A stretch of 52,952 nucleotides of DNA from NCBI GenBank assembly GCA_965644295.1, contig CBFFRP010000660.1, forward strand, positions 1-52,952, written 5' to 3'. Below the pieces are notes generated by a model. The model was not told the DNA's origin and searched no databases. It saw only the letters and a program-made list of their open reading frames with translations. Position 1 is the stretch's first letter, and every line of letters starts with the position of its first letter. The translations under genes and the position numbers were made by a program. The stretch comes from Paraphysomonas bandaiensis. Its lineage: Eukaryota; Protista; Chrysophyceae. Positions 13,769 through 26,936 of the stretch are shown here, piece by piece.

Positions 13769-14713
13769 TTATGCACTAGTTGCATTTACTTCTTCCAATG
13801 CGAACTGCATGCTTCGAATATCAAGAGGAAACATATTCTTGCCCACGAGTTCCCTAGGACCAGGTTTATAAGACATTCGAGCCATTTTGACCTGTCGAAA
13901 CACTGGCCCATCTTCTCCTACTGACTCTTCCAACTCATTGCATTCGTTATGCCTTCGGTGAAGCTCGTAGGTATCCGGAGATGATAAGACTGGAAGCTGC
14001 ATAGAAATTAGATTGTTGAATTTGCTGCGTTTTTGAGCGAGAAATTTAACAATTTGAGCTTGAGCCTCGGTCTTTGAGGGCATAGGCTTGGACCATACAG
14101 AGTCACACCCAGCAGCCAGTAAGTTATCCTTTGCTGTGGATGCCATTCCGGTACAACCAATGATGACAACATTATCGAAAGCCGGGTCCGACCTTAGAAG
14201 CTCTACTACTTGGTGACCCAACATTCGGCCACCAGTGCTTTCCATGTTCTGGTCTATAATGATCACATCCGGACGACGCGGTGAGGCTTGCACGAGTTGC
14301 ATAGCTCGCTCACCATTCTCAGCCCCTTCTACCATCCACATAACTTCATCAATAACTCCACCCAATATACGTTTCGTCAGTTTCCTGTGTATAATCGAAT
14401 CATCAACAATCAGTACTGATAGACCAATGTTATCAGATTGCTTTGTATCTGTATTGTTATCTTTCCACTTTGCATTCCCAAATATGCTCCCAATAGAGCA
14501 GTCTAATGGTCCCATATCCCCATAAAACATCATACCATCATTACTACATGATGTCTCTGATACAAAGACTTCAAATTTTGTTTTCCCTGTACGTGGTGAT
14601 ATAACATGTGTTGATTTCATTGCAATTTCTTTTGTTTTCTTTGTTTTCTTTGTATCTTTAATATCAAATGAATAATCCTTATTCATTGTGATAGGAGTAT
14701 ACCATTGATTCAT
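13769..14713 (-). CDS. Stand-alone response regulator (CheY-like receiver domain), single exon
   Basis: VLIVDDS acidic pocket, AENGERA, PDVIIIDQNM (phospho-acceptor Asp), IIGCTG (conserved Thr), AAGCDSVWSKPM (KP). Confidence 0.9.
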   Translation of the reverse strand: MNQWYTPITMNKDYSFDIKDTKKTKKTKEIAMKSTHVISPRTGKTKFEVFVSETSCSNDGMMFYGDMGPLDCSIGSIFGNAKWKDNNTDTKQSDNIGLSVLIVDDSIIHRKLTKRILGGVIDEVMWMVEGAENGERAMQLVQASPRRPDVIIIDQNMESTGGRMLGHQVVELLRSDPAFDNVVIIGCTGMASTAKDNLLAAGCDSVWSKPMPSKTEAQAQIVKFLAQKRSKFNNLISMQLPVLSSPDTYELHRRHNECNELEESVGEDGPVFRQVKMARMSYKPGPRELVGKNMFPLDIRSMQFALEEVNATSA

Positions 14714-15111
14714 TGTTATATCAATCTCAACTAAATCACCGTCTTCTTATAAACTTCAATATATATGATACCGCATTTCATTCATCCCATCTGATTTATG
14801 AGTTTATTCATCGTGTTCTAGAGTTCAAGTGTTCCCAATGACGATATATTTGATTGACATTTATTGTATTCTCTAATTTTTTATATATATGGTAGGCTAA
14901 AAAATGCTAAATTTTAGATGAAAATCCCTTCACATCGTCATATATACCCTCTTTCCCATATAGATCTCCTAATATACAGTATTCTGACTGTATAAAACCC
15001 CACTATATTACCCTCACCCTGTAGAGATATAGTATAGTCCCTACGTACTTCCCGTACTAAACCCCCACCCATCGTCACTTCCAAGTCGTCATATCATCAT
15101 ATTAGAAATAT

Positions 15112-15260
15112 TTTAACCAATCAGAGACTAGGAATTTCCTTCCAATCCTTGGACATTAAAACTTCATATATTGAACCAATCAAATTCCTCAGAGATAACA
15201 TTGACCAATCAAAGGACACTGAATCTTAAACAATTTATTTCACATATTGATCCAATCATA
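15112..15260. promoter_or_regulatory. Cluster of five CCAATC motifs
   Basis: aaccaatcag, ttccaatcc, gaaccaatcaaa, gaccaatcaaa and gatccaatcat lie within 150 bp, 400-550 bp upstream of the response regulator ATG. This could equally be a TE remnant. Confidence 0.35.
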
Positions 15261-16227
15261 AGCCTTCTGTTGACAGGCTTTTAAACACACAGTGCGTTGT
15301 CATGAAACACGCATATATAGCTATGTATGTATACTATATTTAATGATATCGATTCCACACATGCATATGATAAAACTTCATCAGAACTTGATAGCAGAAA
15401 TTCAGTGTTATATGCGAGAGTGAGATTACTCAAAATCTCCAGTTCAATACCTAACCATTACAGTTCAGTTCGACTACAGTACTGTGGTGTATATACAAGT
15501 GGACCTTCATCACATTGATAACGTATCTGATATTACTGACTATAGTATTATTATAATATGCTACGATTAAATGGATTTTATCTTCTTGGAACTGATAAGG
15601 AAATGAGAAAGATATAATGAGTTGAGTGCAGCCCTTCACAGACATGGTCCCTCTTTAAATACAATCGCCAGCGAGTGCAGTCATTCTTGCTTTGTATCAT
15701 CCACTGTCGCCAATCGAGATTGTTGCTTGTCCGGAATTCTGTAAATGTACTCAAGTTTTTTTTGGGAAGAAGACTCTTTTTTGACACTGGCAATGGCGAA
15801 AAGGGACATGGTTGAAGAAGACGAGTGTAATTACAAGTTGCTTGCTCAAAATGTTTCCCTTCTTGCTAGAAGTGATTTTGATGGTTTACCTTTTCACCGT
15901 CTTGGATTAGCTTATTGTCCGGTTGTGTTTTCTTTCGTTGCTATGCATCAGGTTTGAAGGACTTACACAATACAACTATTGATTCGTTTTAGCAAGTATA
16001 TTACGATGAAGAATATGGTAATAATTATATGTACGATAAGAAAGAGATTCAAAATATATTGATACATTTCACGAAAATAACTTTAATTTGAATTTTTATT
16101 ATAATAAATAGAACGATTTCCGATTATCTTCTGACAAAGAATAGCTATATAGACCACTGATACACAATTGGAACAGTAAAATATACCTTAAAATTCAAAA
16201 TAAATTTAGCGTACAGGATAGTTACGT

Positions 16228-16809
16228 TCACCTCTCCACACCGCAAACTGTAGATGAGCGTGATAGGAACCGCATCGCCTTATCAGCAGCGAAGTAGCAT
16301 TCTATTTTTTCTGCTCTACCACGAAAAGAATCAGTCATTCTACTGCCACAGCTGTATACAAACAAAATTTCTGCATTTTCGAATGCTTTCAGTACAAGTA
16401 TCTGACTTCTAATTCCTCTCCACACAGACTTCACGTCCTCCTCAGGAATAATACGTTTCATATAGTCATATGTTTTGGTAATCTTGTCTGATAGATCTAA
16501 CTTGACTTTCTTCTCTGTCGGTAGAGATATTATATTGTTCGGATTACTATGTCCTTGCATTCCATGAAAAATATGTACTCTCTTTCGCAGTTACAAGCAC
16601 TGTAAACATTGCCCCACTGAACTAGCGCCTGACCTTTTTTTAATGACTTCACCATTTGTAAGTAGCACAATGACAACGTTATCGTACCCATTGGATTCAA
16701 GCCATTTTGTAAACAAGGTACCAAGAGCGTCTTCCATTTCTTCGGCTACATTTTTCTGATTGGCTGCACGAACTTTCAAGTCTACATGTCGAACTTTCAA
16801 GGCTTTCAA
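16228..16809 (-). pseudogene. Frameshifted gene remnant, possibly PD-(D/E)xK nuclease-like
   Basis: Three overlapping minus-strand ORFs (16591-16809, 16530-16724, 16228-16560) join into one protein-like sequence. VQWGNVYSA...YIFFMECK resembles a degenerate (E)WDG...ExK core. Confidence 0.4.
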
Positions 16810-17158
16810 GGTTTTATCTCATATCATCCATATCATTGAGTAAAAATGGGAATTGTTTCTTCAATTGGACGGCTTCTTTCATAAGTAATGAGGTTAAAAC
16901 AAACAGATTCATAATATTAATATGATTCAAATCTAATTTCTTTATAATATGAATATATATATACGTATATCATTAATAGTCATGTGATTTAAGATCTCTT
17001 CATTGAATTTCTCAGAGATTTCACTATGAATTATTAGTTTTAATTATAAGGATTATAACATACTTTAATGGAATATTATGACAGCTACAGCTACAGGATA
17101 TGCATGTCTCTTAGGGTTACCTTAAAGTATGAGGAATGGAAGATTTTAGGAGACCTGC

Positions 17159-17305
17159 CAGCATCTTTTGTATATTTTTGTTCCAAGATGCCTCTAATAT
17201 TGAGATTACAATTACCTGTATTTCAACCGTAGTTGTATTGCAGTAATATAGAGTATATTTGCTTCAATTTATTTCCGAAAAATAAGATGCTGACTGGTGA
17301 TACGC
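17159..17305 (+). mobile_element. ~135-145 bp MITE-like dispersed repeat, family A copy 1
   Basis: Termini cagcatctt...aagatgctg are inverted repeats. The body is shared with copies at 22902, 26597 and 34223. Confidence 0.8.
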
Positions 17306-17584
17306 GATATGTGTAATACGGTTGTATTCCACTGGAAGTAGGCCGGATATTTCTTCAACAACTCTACACCGTATTCAAACAAAAAACTCTATTTTTGAAG
17401 AAAACACTATTTTGATAGATTAAATATATAAAAACATGGGTTTTCTATATAACCAACCCCTATATTTTTATCTATAAAACACTATAATTGTGTTGGACAA
17501 TCTACTCTAGTATCATCATATCATCCTGCAGTGTTATTAAAGTATAGATGATGATATAGTGAACCATAATTATAAACAATAATA

Positions 17585-20500
17585 ATGTTAAATATATCAA
17601 AACAATTCATACATTCATCTATTGAAAAACAATTATTAGAATGGACAACACAAAAATGTCGTGATGGGACTATCATACAATTTGATGAGGTACATACATA
17701 CATATATATACATATATATCCCTTATAATCATATATATATATTCTTATAGGGATGGGATGTTATATTAGAATACGGTATTGATGTACTTCGTCAGATATT
17801 ACGTCAAAAACATATCCCTAATCGACCCTTTACATCATATGGATTTGCATCCCTGTATACTATATCACATAAGATATCACTGTCACCTAATCCATCAAAA
17901 TCATTATATAATCGTCATAAACAAATGATTGAAACATATTTATGTAATGATATTGTACCACTTATTGTGGATGCACAATATTCAGGATGTGTTATGAAGG
18001 TAATCATGTATCTATCACACTATTACAATACAGTCATGTAATATTAGGAATTTGTGAAGTCATGGAGTTTATATGAGATTATGGCGACTTGGATGTGGCG
18101 TTTATTTATGCATCTTGATCGTGGTGTGGTAGTTGAAAATAAACTCCCAACATTAACATCATGCTGCTTGAAAGCGTATTATGATATAGTATACTGTTCT
18201 GTTAAGAATACAGTCAGAAGAAAGATGCTTGAGAGTATTGAGTTACATCGAAAGGGAGAATCGCCAACTTGTGACTACTTAAAAGAATGTGTTAAGGTAA
18301 TGGGTGCTGTAAACCTGTACATGTTGCTCATATGGTATGTCACCTGTAGATATTCGAATATATGGGGCTCGCTGCCAAGGTAATGAATGCGCAGAATCTT
18401 AAAAGTGTACTAGGAATGCCACCGGACTTGGAAGTTTATCGTCGAGATTTCGAAGTTTTACTTTTGCAAGTGGGTTGATAACTTCGGTATGATGCTTTTT
18501 GTTATGACTCGCAATCCTTTCTTTCAGGAAACGCGTCGTTATTACTCTTCTCAGAGCAGTGCTATGATAACTGATGCAGATAACGTGGCTGAATACTTAA
18601 AGTTAGTTGAACAGATGCTACTCAGTGAGCTGCGTCGGTGCCGAGAGTATTTACGCCCAGAAACCACGCAATTTGTGCACAAAGTATGCCTTGAAGAACT
18701 CGTCATGTCTAAGAGATCTGTCTTGAGTGAAGGAATTCGCGGTACCATAAGTGACACCTATAGCCGTCTATATGATGGCGAACACAAGTGCTATCGTAGC
18801 ATTCAATATGAAGCTGTATCTCATCACTTTGAGAACTTGAGGCGAATGTACAATATATTTTCTCAAACAAGCCATATGTGCACGGAAGGAGATATAGATC
18901 GAAGTGACAGCAAAACACTTCTCTATGACTTAGCGGATGAATTCACTCGTTTCGGTGTGTTGATTAGGGAGTCGATAACCAGATTTTATACTGATAAACG
19001 AGAGGCACTGAATGTCTCTTCCACAACATGCAACACTCTTTCCTTCGGTGCTGAGAGTGCTCCAAATACTTCATCCGTTGACCATACTTCACATGAAAAC
19101 TGTCATGGACCAAATATGAAACTTGATCTAGTTGACGACGTAATATATGCACTCGTACTGCTAGGTGACATTGCCAAATTTGTATTTGATGGGAATCCGA
19201 AGTTCATCCAAGCCACCAAGAAAGCATCACGACATGTCGTCAATTGTCCCGATGATAGTGTTGATTTTATTTCAATATATGCCAACTTTTGTGATAAAAA
19301 GTTACGTGTACGTAGTACTGTGTGTTAACTGCACTTCACTGTATCTAATTTGTATGGTATAATTTTAGGAGAGCGGAAGTTATGCAGAGATAGAAAGTTT
19401 TATGTCCACGGTATTTACGAATATTGACAATAAAGACATATTTTTGGAAGTGTACCGCAGACTTCTTGCTCGTCGATTGCTCAGTGGAAATTCTATATCT
19501 TTGGATGTGGAAAAGCTAGTCGTCTCTCAAATGAAGATTCAGTGCGGCACATCGTATACTGTAAAGCTTGAGGGAATGATAAATGATTACTGTTTGTCGG
19601 AAGATATTTTTAGAGCATGGACTCAGAGTGTAGAGTCGAATAATCGATTTCAGGTGTCGTAGGCAGTACGTTCTATGATATACTCTCTCATTAGCACAGT
19701 CTTCGCAGATAGAATTCCATGTTCAAGTGGTCACGGCTTGTTATTGGCCGCATATCTCTCACCAACTTCCACATTTACCCTCCGAGATGCAGGTGTGCCG
19801 AAATAGCTTCTCTCAATGGTATATCGCCCACAACTCCAGCAAACGACTAAAGTGGGCACTTTCGAGTGGGTGGGTTTTGATGCGTGCTACTTATCCATCC
19901 ACAGCAGTCGATTCGACATGTACTTCATTCAGAAAAGACAGATTTTATGAAGTGAAACTTACATTAGAACAGGTCGTTTATTTGACGAATCCTCTCTCAG
20001 ACTTACATGTGCTGGTATCATAGGCTGTAGTGCTAAGTATATTCGATAATTTTTCAGGAGATTCCGGCCTCAGTATAGCCGACATCAAGGAGAGGAGTGG
20101 AATTGAAGATATGAAGATCCTCAAACGAGTACTTCATTCACTTTCTTGTCAAAGTATCAAGGTGAGTTGTGGGAATTTCCTACAACTTTCTGACAATTAC
20201 ATCAGCTGCTGCTAAAAACTCCACCCAATTCCAAGTTGGTCGGAAATGACGACACTTTCTTACCAAATAAAAAGTTTAGAAGCAAACACAAGAAGGTAAG
20301 CCCAAGAGAAACCATTGTAATCATTATTACGCAACTGAATTTTGGTCCGATGTAGTTTAAAATAGCTATGCCGTCAGCTGAGAAGCCCGTAGGGAAGAGC
20401 ATCGAATTGGAAAGGGGCCTCGTCATAGACGCAGCTATTATTAGGATTATGAAAGCACGACGCGTCAGCTCTCATAGTGACTTGTACAGTGAAGTACTGG

Positions 20501-20622
20501 TACAATCAGCGCATTTTAAACCGGACGGTCGATTTGTAAAACAACGAATATCTATTTTAATAGAGAAATGCTTTTTGGAGAGAGATGAAGCCAACCCAAC
20601 TATTTATAAATATTTACCATAG
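17585..20622 (+). CDS. Cullin (CUL1-like, divergent), multi-exon
   Basis: Exon 1 (17585-17689) splices to GWDVILEYGIDVLRQIL. Later motifs are FMHLDR, QETRRYY, KDIFLEVYRRLLARRLL, CGTSYTVKLEGMIND, KRLKW, IDAAIIRIMKARR (neddylation Lys) and terminal LERDEANPTIYKYLP. GT-AG introns are ~50-60 nt. Confidence 0.95.
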
Positions 20623-21402
20623 TGTGTATTCATCTCTATATAAAATAATAATGTACATGAAGACTAATAGTCACGAACTATTACCATCGTCTCTAAATAT
20701 AGAAGCCATTCCTAGCTTGCAGGGTCATAGGACTCAACATTTAACATGAGTAGACAGTAGACAGAAATTAACATCTTACGGACAAATTATTCAGTGTTAT
20801 GATGTGCCTATATACCTTGCTCCTTGCTCAATATTCAATATATATATATATGAGTAGTGTTCCCACAGCATGTTTTGGTATACTTATGTGTTGAGGATGA
20901 ATCCAGACCAGTTGCAGCTTGACACAGTGGAAGACGGACTCTGCCATTTCATGAAATATATCCCACTGCCATACTTTTCAATACCGACTATTTCCAGTTT
21001 CCAGTACTTGTATTCGTATAAATACAACGATGAAACTTGTTACTTCTGCTCAATCTAAACGTGTGGTATCTAGTAGTTAGTAGTCCTTTTCTATGTTCCT
21101 ATATATCGTAAGGCAGCTTTTAAACTGCACCATTGTTTTTTATTTCTATCCGGTTAATCAAGTAATATATTCACAATACAATATATTGTTCTCTGGCTCT
21201 GTTACAGACTGTTGAGTTTTGCAGTATATGTATTATGCATTTGAAGTAAATTCATAGTATGAGCAAGGTGTACTTGGTGCAGAGCATGGTTAACTTCTGA
21301 GAAATGTCCAATTCTAACATGATGGTAGCGAATAGCGAGTGATGCTCTGAAGTTTGACAAGTATCAGGCTGAGGTACCCTCAACAAAGTCGGACTCGCAC
21401 CT

Positions 21403-21688
21403 TGTCGTGGTGTTTTGGGGGATAAGTACCAGATATATTTCTCCGGAAAACTAACGTAAGCCGCATATGTAGTCAGCAGATATAGTTCTGCCCACACATA
21501 TAGCCTAGTTTATGTGTGTTACAAAGGACACTAATATAAGTGTCACTTGTGTAGACGTATTATTTGGGCCCTAATGAATAAACAGGCATCTGGGACTGGG
21601 CCCAACTTAAAGGAATTCTGCTTGCTCACTGCGTTTGCTTTGAGTGATAGAGCGAAAGTGGCGTTAAATAGTAGGATATCAGAGTTAA
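21403..21688 (+). mobile_element. SINE-like copy (degenerate tRNA-like head, 3' truncated tail)
   Basis: cgtggtgtt....gggataagtacc, agtcagcagatat...tctgcccac, tgttacaaaggaca and caggc.tctggga are shared with 32972-33140. It ends in gtggcgttaaatagtaggatatcagagt. Confidence 0.7.
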
Positions 21689-22279
21689 GTACTTACTCTT
21701 AAACGCCTCTTGATAATAATAACACATTCAATACTAAGCTGAAATATCTGCTTAGAAGACCAATATTCATCCGATGAATCAAGATTACTTGGGGTTAGAG
21801 CCAAAACCGCAGGAAGAGGTAGAGCACGAGAGTTATCATAGTTATGGCATGAGCGAAATGACACCTGTGTTGCAAGTTGCAACGATTTCGGAGGTTTGTG
21901 AACACACCACAGATGTATTAGAGGTTGACAACCAATACATGGAGGCCACGGCATCATGACCCCGATAAGGAAGTATTGTCCAGTCAGATGCTTTAAAGAG
22001 GGTGCTCAATTCTAACAGACTACATTGTTACACTTTAGTTGACAAGTTAAGTTCTCACGTTGACTATCTTTTTTTGGTTATGTTATGTGTATGCAATTAA
22101 CAACGATGGGCACTAACTATCACCAGCAAAATATCTAGCAATATCACACGATACATATTCTATATATATGCACTTATATCATTTCTTTTTCATTCACAAC
22201 ACTTATCCATCAGAAACATTGCTTTAAATATTTATAGTTGTCTATACATAAAAATAATTAGCGCATACATGTTGATTAA

Positions 22280-22798
22280 TCATGATATTTGGCATACACG
22301 TTCATATTCAATCTTTGGGCATCTATCCATTATGACATTCATCCCAGCCGCTGTCGCCTTCTCGGCTGCCATCTCATTTACGACCCCCAGCTGCATCCAC
22401 ACTGTTTTAGCTCCAATAGTAATTGCTTCCGTAACAATGGAATCTACATCTTCAGGCTTACGAAAGATGTCAACAATGTCTATACGTGTTTTCAGTTCTT
22501 CAGGGATCATTAATAGTGATGGATACGTTACTTCACCAAGTATTATACCCCCTTTAACAGCTACTAATGGATTAATTGGTAGAACACGATATCCTTTATC
22601 TTGTAAATACTCCATTACTTGATATGATGGACGATCTCTATTAGGTGAGGCTCCAACCATAGCTATAAGTTGAGAGGATCTTAATATATGTGAAATATAG
22701 TTATCATTATAAGTAAATGATGGATAAGAGAAGTTTCTTTTGAGTAGTAATTGTGAGTATAGATGAAGTTGATTGTAATATTTCATAATGATAGTCAT
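22280..22798 (-). CDS. CoA-binding domain protein (YccU/CoA_binding_2-like)
   Basis: IAMVGASPNRDRPSYQVMEYLQDKGYRVLPINP, IDIVDIFRKPE, KTVWMQLGVVNE, AGMNVIMDRCPKIEY. The true start codon is uncertain. Confidence 0.92.
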   Translation of the reverse strand: MTIIMKYYNQLHLYSQLLLKRNFSYPSFTYNDNYISHILRSSQLIAMVGASPNRDRPSYQVMEYLQDKGYRVLPINPLVAVKGGIILGEVTYPSLLMIPEELKTRIDIVDIFRKPEDVDSIVTEAITIGAKTVWMQLGVVNEMAAEKATAAGMNVIMDRCPKIEYERVCQIS

Positions 22799-22901
22799 AT
22801 AGATGTTCTAGATTATATATATATATATTCTTATATATGATCTTATGGGTACACATACAGTACATATATATATAGGGATATACTCCTGCTGCCTGGTGTA
22901 C

Positions 22902-23033
22902 AGGCATCCTTTGTGTATTTTTGTTCAAAGATGCCTCTAATATTGAGAAAACAATTATCTGTATTCCAGCCGTAGTTGTATGTAGATACTATATAAGCTT
23001 TTTGCTTCCATTTATTTCCGAATAATAAGATGC
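22902..23033 (+). mobile_element. MITE-like family A copy 2
   Basis: ggcatcctttgtgtatttttgttcaaagatgcctctaatattgaga...ttccgaataataagatgc. Confidence 0.8.
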
Positions 23034-23487
23034 TACGACACAACAGAGATGTCATCATGATTCTGTAGATTCTAAAATCCTGTCTTTTATTATTTTGATA
23101 TCATAATATCGGGATAATTAGACCTCAAAACCATATATATAAAAATAGGGACAAAATACCTTATCAGTTATACCATATCATCATACTGTTCTACACTACA
23201 GCAGTACATATACACGCTGCTGTACATACACATACCATCCATATACAGTACAGCAGTGCTCAACAGTACACATACACACATACACAGCAGTGGATCTCGG
23301 ACTGTGCTAAAGGCTTATAGATATTCACATATACATCCGTCCATCCATATATTCTAATATCTACTACCTCACTTGTATTATAGTAACCATAAGAAGACAT
23401 TAACATTATCACTGATAATCTAATTATTTAACTATGTAAATATATAAGTATACCATACATATCCTACTAATCACCCTTTAGATTCAT

Positions 23488-24300
23488 ATGAAAGGTCAAA
23501 CTATTCGTAAAAGTTATTCATGTGATCCCTATTCTATGGGACGACCATCTATACAAAGAGCTAATAGCTATGCATCTACTGGCTCATTCTCTAGACCTGG
23601 TACTAGTAATGGATGTGGTCGTAGTATAACTCCTAAAATGCCTTCTAGTTCAATAAATAAAAGTTTTGAACGTCTTAATTCTATTGAAGTTAAAGGTAGT
23701 TTTACTTATAAAATATCAAATTGGTCAAAGAAATTGTTACCTTTTGATTCACCTGAGTATGAATTATATGGGAAAAAATGGCAGCTTAAAATATTTCCTG
23801 ATGGAGCACTCACTGAAAGTTCTGAATATGTCGAAATACAATTGGTAAACAAGACCGACAGAAATGTGAGTGCGACGTACGCAATAATATTGAAGAATCA
23901 GGCTGGCAGTGACGATTACATATGGGAAGACCCAGACGGAGAGGTCTTGTTTCGAGCGTTTGGTACAGGTGATCACTACTGGGGCTGCGACGAGTTTATG
24001 CTACGAAGCGAAATTGATGACCCATTTTCGGGGTTTTGTGTGAATGACTGCATTATCTTAGAAATTGAGGTGACGGCCCGTATTGATGATGAACTAGGTG
24101 CCATTACCCCTACCACAGTGTCCATCAACGAGAACGGAGAACAAATCCCTGGTGCATCTTTGGGTGCTGCCACGGATGAACTTAACGAACTGTCGACAAA
24201 AATGAAGCAGAAGGTACGCCTCCTTAGTGAGGACGAAATATTGCAAGATCAGCTTATAAGTGCCCGCCTTGGACCTACCAGTAGTCGTCAATTTAGCTGA
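23488..24300 (+). CDS. MATH/TRAF-domain protein, single exon
   Basis: FTYKISNWS...SPEYELYGKKWQLKIFPDG...YVEIQL...WGCDEFM...GFCVNDCIILEIEV is a MATH signature. The N-terminus is Ser-rich and the C-terminus helical. Confidence 0.9.
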   Translation: MKGQTIRKSYSCDPYSMGRPSIQRANSYASTGSFSRPGTSNGCGRSITPKMPSSSINKSFERLNSIEVKGSFTYKISNWSKKLLPFDSPEYELYGKKWQLKIFPDGALTESSEYVEIQLVNKTDRNVSATYAIILKNQAGSDDYIWEDPDGEVLFRAFGTGDHYWGCDEFMLRSEIDDPFSGFCVNDCIILEIEVTARIDDELGAITPTTVSINENGEQIPGASLGAATDELNELSTKMKQKVRLLSEDEILQDQLISARLGPTSSRQFS

Positions 24301-24950
24301 CTTTTTTTTCGTGTTTATTGTATTTTAACGAAGTCTCGATTTATACGTATTGTGATGACAACATGATATGCATTGCGTAAGAGACTATGAAGTTTGGGCT
24401 ATATGGTGAGTGTTGTTTGGTTATCTCTTTGTATGCCGTATGTAGCAATAAAAATAGTAGCAGCCACAATGCGTTAGCACTGGTTGTTGTAGTTGGCGAG
24501 TTGTAGTTTGTAATCAATTTCTATTACTACGAAATAACTTATATGAATAACTTGTGACTATATAGCATATTTCTCATTTAAGCGAACACGAAATTGCTCG
24601 ACATTTCAAGACAAAATTTAGAATTTCAAACTATAGCTCATAGTGGGGTAGCTGAAAACATATTACATATTGGTCACAGTACCATTATAGAGAGCATTTT
24701 ACTAGTAGTAATTTTAGTGTACAAAAAATGATCCCCAGAGCGCAATGCTTGGGGTAGAAAGTAGTCACTGTGATCCTTACGTAATGCACTGGACAAAAAA
24801 TAGGACTTTAAAAACGATTCTCATGCAATGACGCTGTAGGCAATATAATAAATAATGTATGTATCTCTTGATTATTATTTTAACAATTGCACCACGCTAC
24901 AAGAATGAAAATATGACCACAGAAAACAACCATCGGCCGCCCGAACGCTA

Positions 24951-26132
24951 CTAGAAAGCGTAAGGTAAATTCTGATCATCAAACGGTGCGCAACCATGCT
25001 CTTGCACCAGTGCCTGATAGTGGAGGAGGGTAAAGAACCATGTGCACACAGCGGCAACCACAGCGATGTGCCAGAGCGTGTGGGAAGATATTACATGTGT
25101 CGTAATAAAGCTGCAATACAAAACGATGAGACATTGCAAATTTCATGTACCAGGTACACATAGTACGCTTCTCGACACATACCTATTTGGCCAAACGCTC
25201 TCAGGAAAGTTTGTGAGCAACAGAAGGAAGCCAAGACCATACCAGAAAAACAAAAATATTGTGCCCTACATAATTTTAGCACAATGCTATGTAGCAAACA
25301 TATTGACTCACCCAAAATAGTCCATCTCTGTACACTGCTGGAGCAATGGCCAACCAATCTGAAATCATTCCCATTAGCAGAACACACCGAAATTATATCT
25401 GCTTACGTGTAATAGGAACTAATCCGAAAACAACCAATGATCCAAAACCACCATTGCGAATGAGGGTAGCAGATTTCGAATTTGAGGATCCAAACATTGC
25501 AATAACCATTCCAACCACAAGGATCATGGCTGATGTACAAAGATAAACTTTCTGGAGTACAGGGGTGCAATAGAATGCTGCGACAGCAAACTGAGTTCAC
25601 ATAACGATATTAATGGAAAAATTCTTACCATAATACGTTGCTGGAAAGTAGCTACCAGCAATTAACGTAGCGATTCCAGTGAGATCAAGGGATAGCAAGG
25701 AGTAATAATGATTCTCAGACATACAACCAAACCAGTGGTATATTGTACTTAGAAGCATGCACATAGCTGCACTGGTAATGTACAAACCGATAAGCATTCT
25801 CTCCGTTAAATCAACAGCTTCATTTTGAAACTCTAAAGAGATTGTAAAGCCAAATATAAGAGTACATATAAACCCAATCAGATGACTCCATATATTCATA
25901 GTTTCATTATGAAATGAGAATAATGAAAGTAGAGTTTGATAGAAATCATATTCCGCTCGATATCCATCTCGTATATAATCTCTATATATAATAATATAGT
26001 TGATTATATATAATGATATGAGTATATATATATATACCTGTGAAAACAAGGGGAGATTTTGTCCATTGTCTTTAGACTAGGGAGGTTCATGTATAGACGT
26101 TTGCCTTCTTCTCCAAGTAACCAATCAATCAT
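24951..26132 (-). CDS. PAQR / adiponectin-receptor (HlyIII) family membrane protein, multi-exon
   Basis: DYIRDGYR, SLFSFHNETMNIWSHLIG, STIYHWFGCMS, LDLTGIA..IAGS, SHTLWHIAVVAA (Zn-binding His motifs). Probable ATG at 26132 (MIDWLLGEEG), with the first intron near 26038. Confidence 0.92.
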
Positions 26133-26596
26133 ATTTAATAATAGTTTTATTATTGTTATATAAGAGAGATAATGAAATATAATGATAGATAATGTAGACT
26201 ATGATTATATTCATATATATAAACAAACAACGATATATCTCATATGATGCTTACTATGTCTATATACATAGATAACATCATAGAGGAGGGTGATCAGCTC
26301 ATCCACTGCTGCCTGTTCATTGGCTCATTTACCATTTGACTGATTGGTTGGCTTGTGACTTCATAACACACATACTGAAAAAAAACGGATATATATTCCA
26401 TTAAAAAAAACGAATACCTGAATTTAAGGTACAAAAAACCGGAATTTCTATATAAAAACCAAGTATACTCTGTACACAGTACACCTGCCATATCAATACA
26501 AAATCCCCACTTTATACACCATAAAACCATAGTTTTATGTATCAAATTTACAATACAAGCATGCAATATCGTTCCATATTTTCATACTGCAAGAGC

Positions 26597-26742
26597 GGCG
26601 TATCGGCATCCTTTGTATATTTTTGTTCAAGGATGCCTCAAATATTGAGACAACAATTTTGTGTATTCCAGCCGTAGTTGTATTGCAGTTATATAGAGTA
26701 TACTTGCTTCAATTTATTCCCGAAAACTAAGATGCATACGCC
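26597..26742 (+). mobile_element. MITE-like family A copy 3
   Basis: ggcgtatcggcatcc...aagatgcatacgcc inverted termini; same body as the other copies. Confidence 0.8.
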
Positions 26743-26936
26743 CTCTTTATGATAACTGCGGCCGATATAAGATACATACATATATATATACCACTAGAGT
26801 GGTTGATAGTAATTCACATTTCATTATTAATTGTTCTCCCTGTGATTAAGAATTAGATTTATTCATAGGGAGATCTTCATCTATTAAACACAGATACATT
26901 AAGCTGTAGTTAAGTATTATATATACATATCTTGAG

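Noticed and set aside
15450-15960. Short ORFs possibly from a transposase
   Set aside because: No recognisable motif, and the frames are short and inconsistent.
22280-22798. Bacterial contamination or recent HGT of the CoA-binding gene
   Set aside because: It is embedded among intron-containing genes, shares the host 5' AT-rich profile and has an N-terminal extension. Its origin cannot be judged without a phylogeny.
17585-24300. Functional cullin + MATH adaptor cluster
   Set aside because: The MATH protein has no visible BTB domain and the cullin looks CUL1-like. Proximity alone is not evidence.
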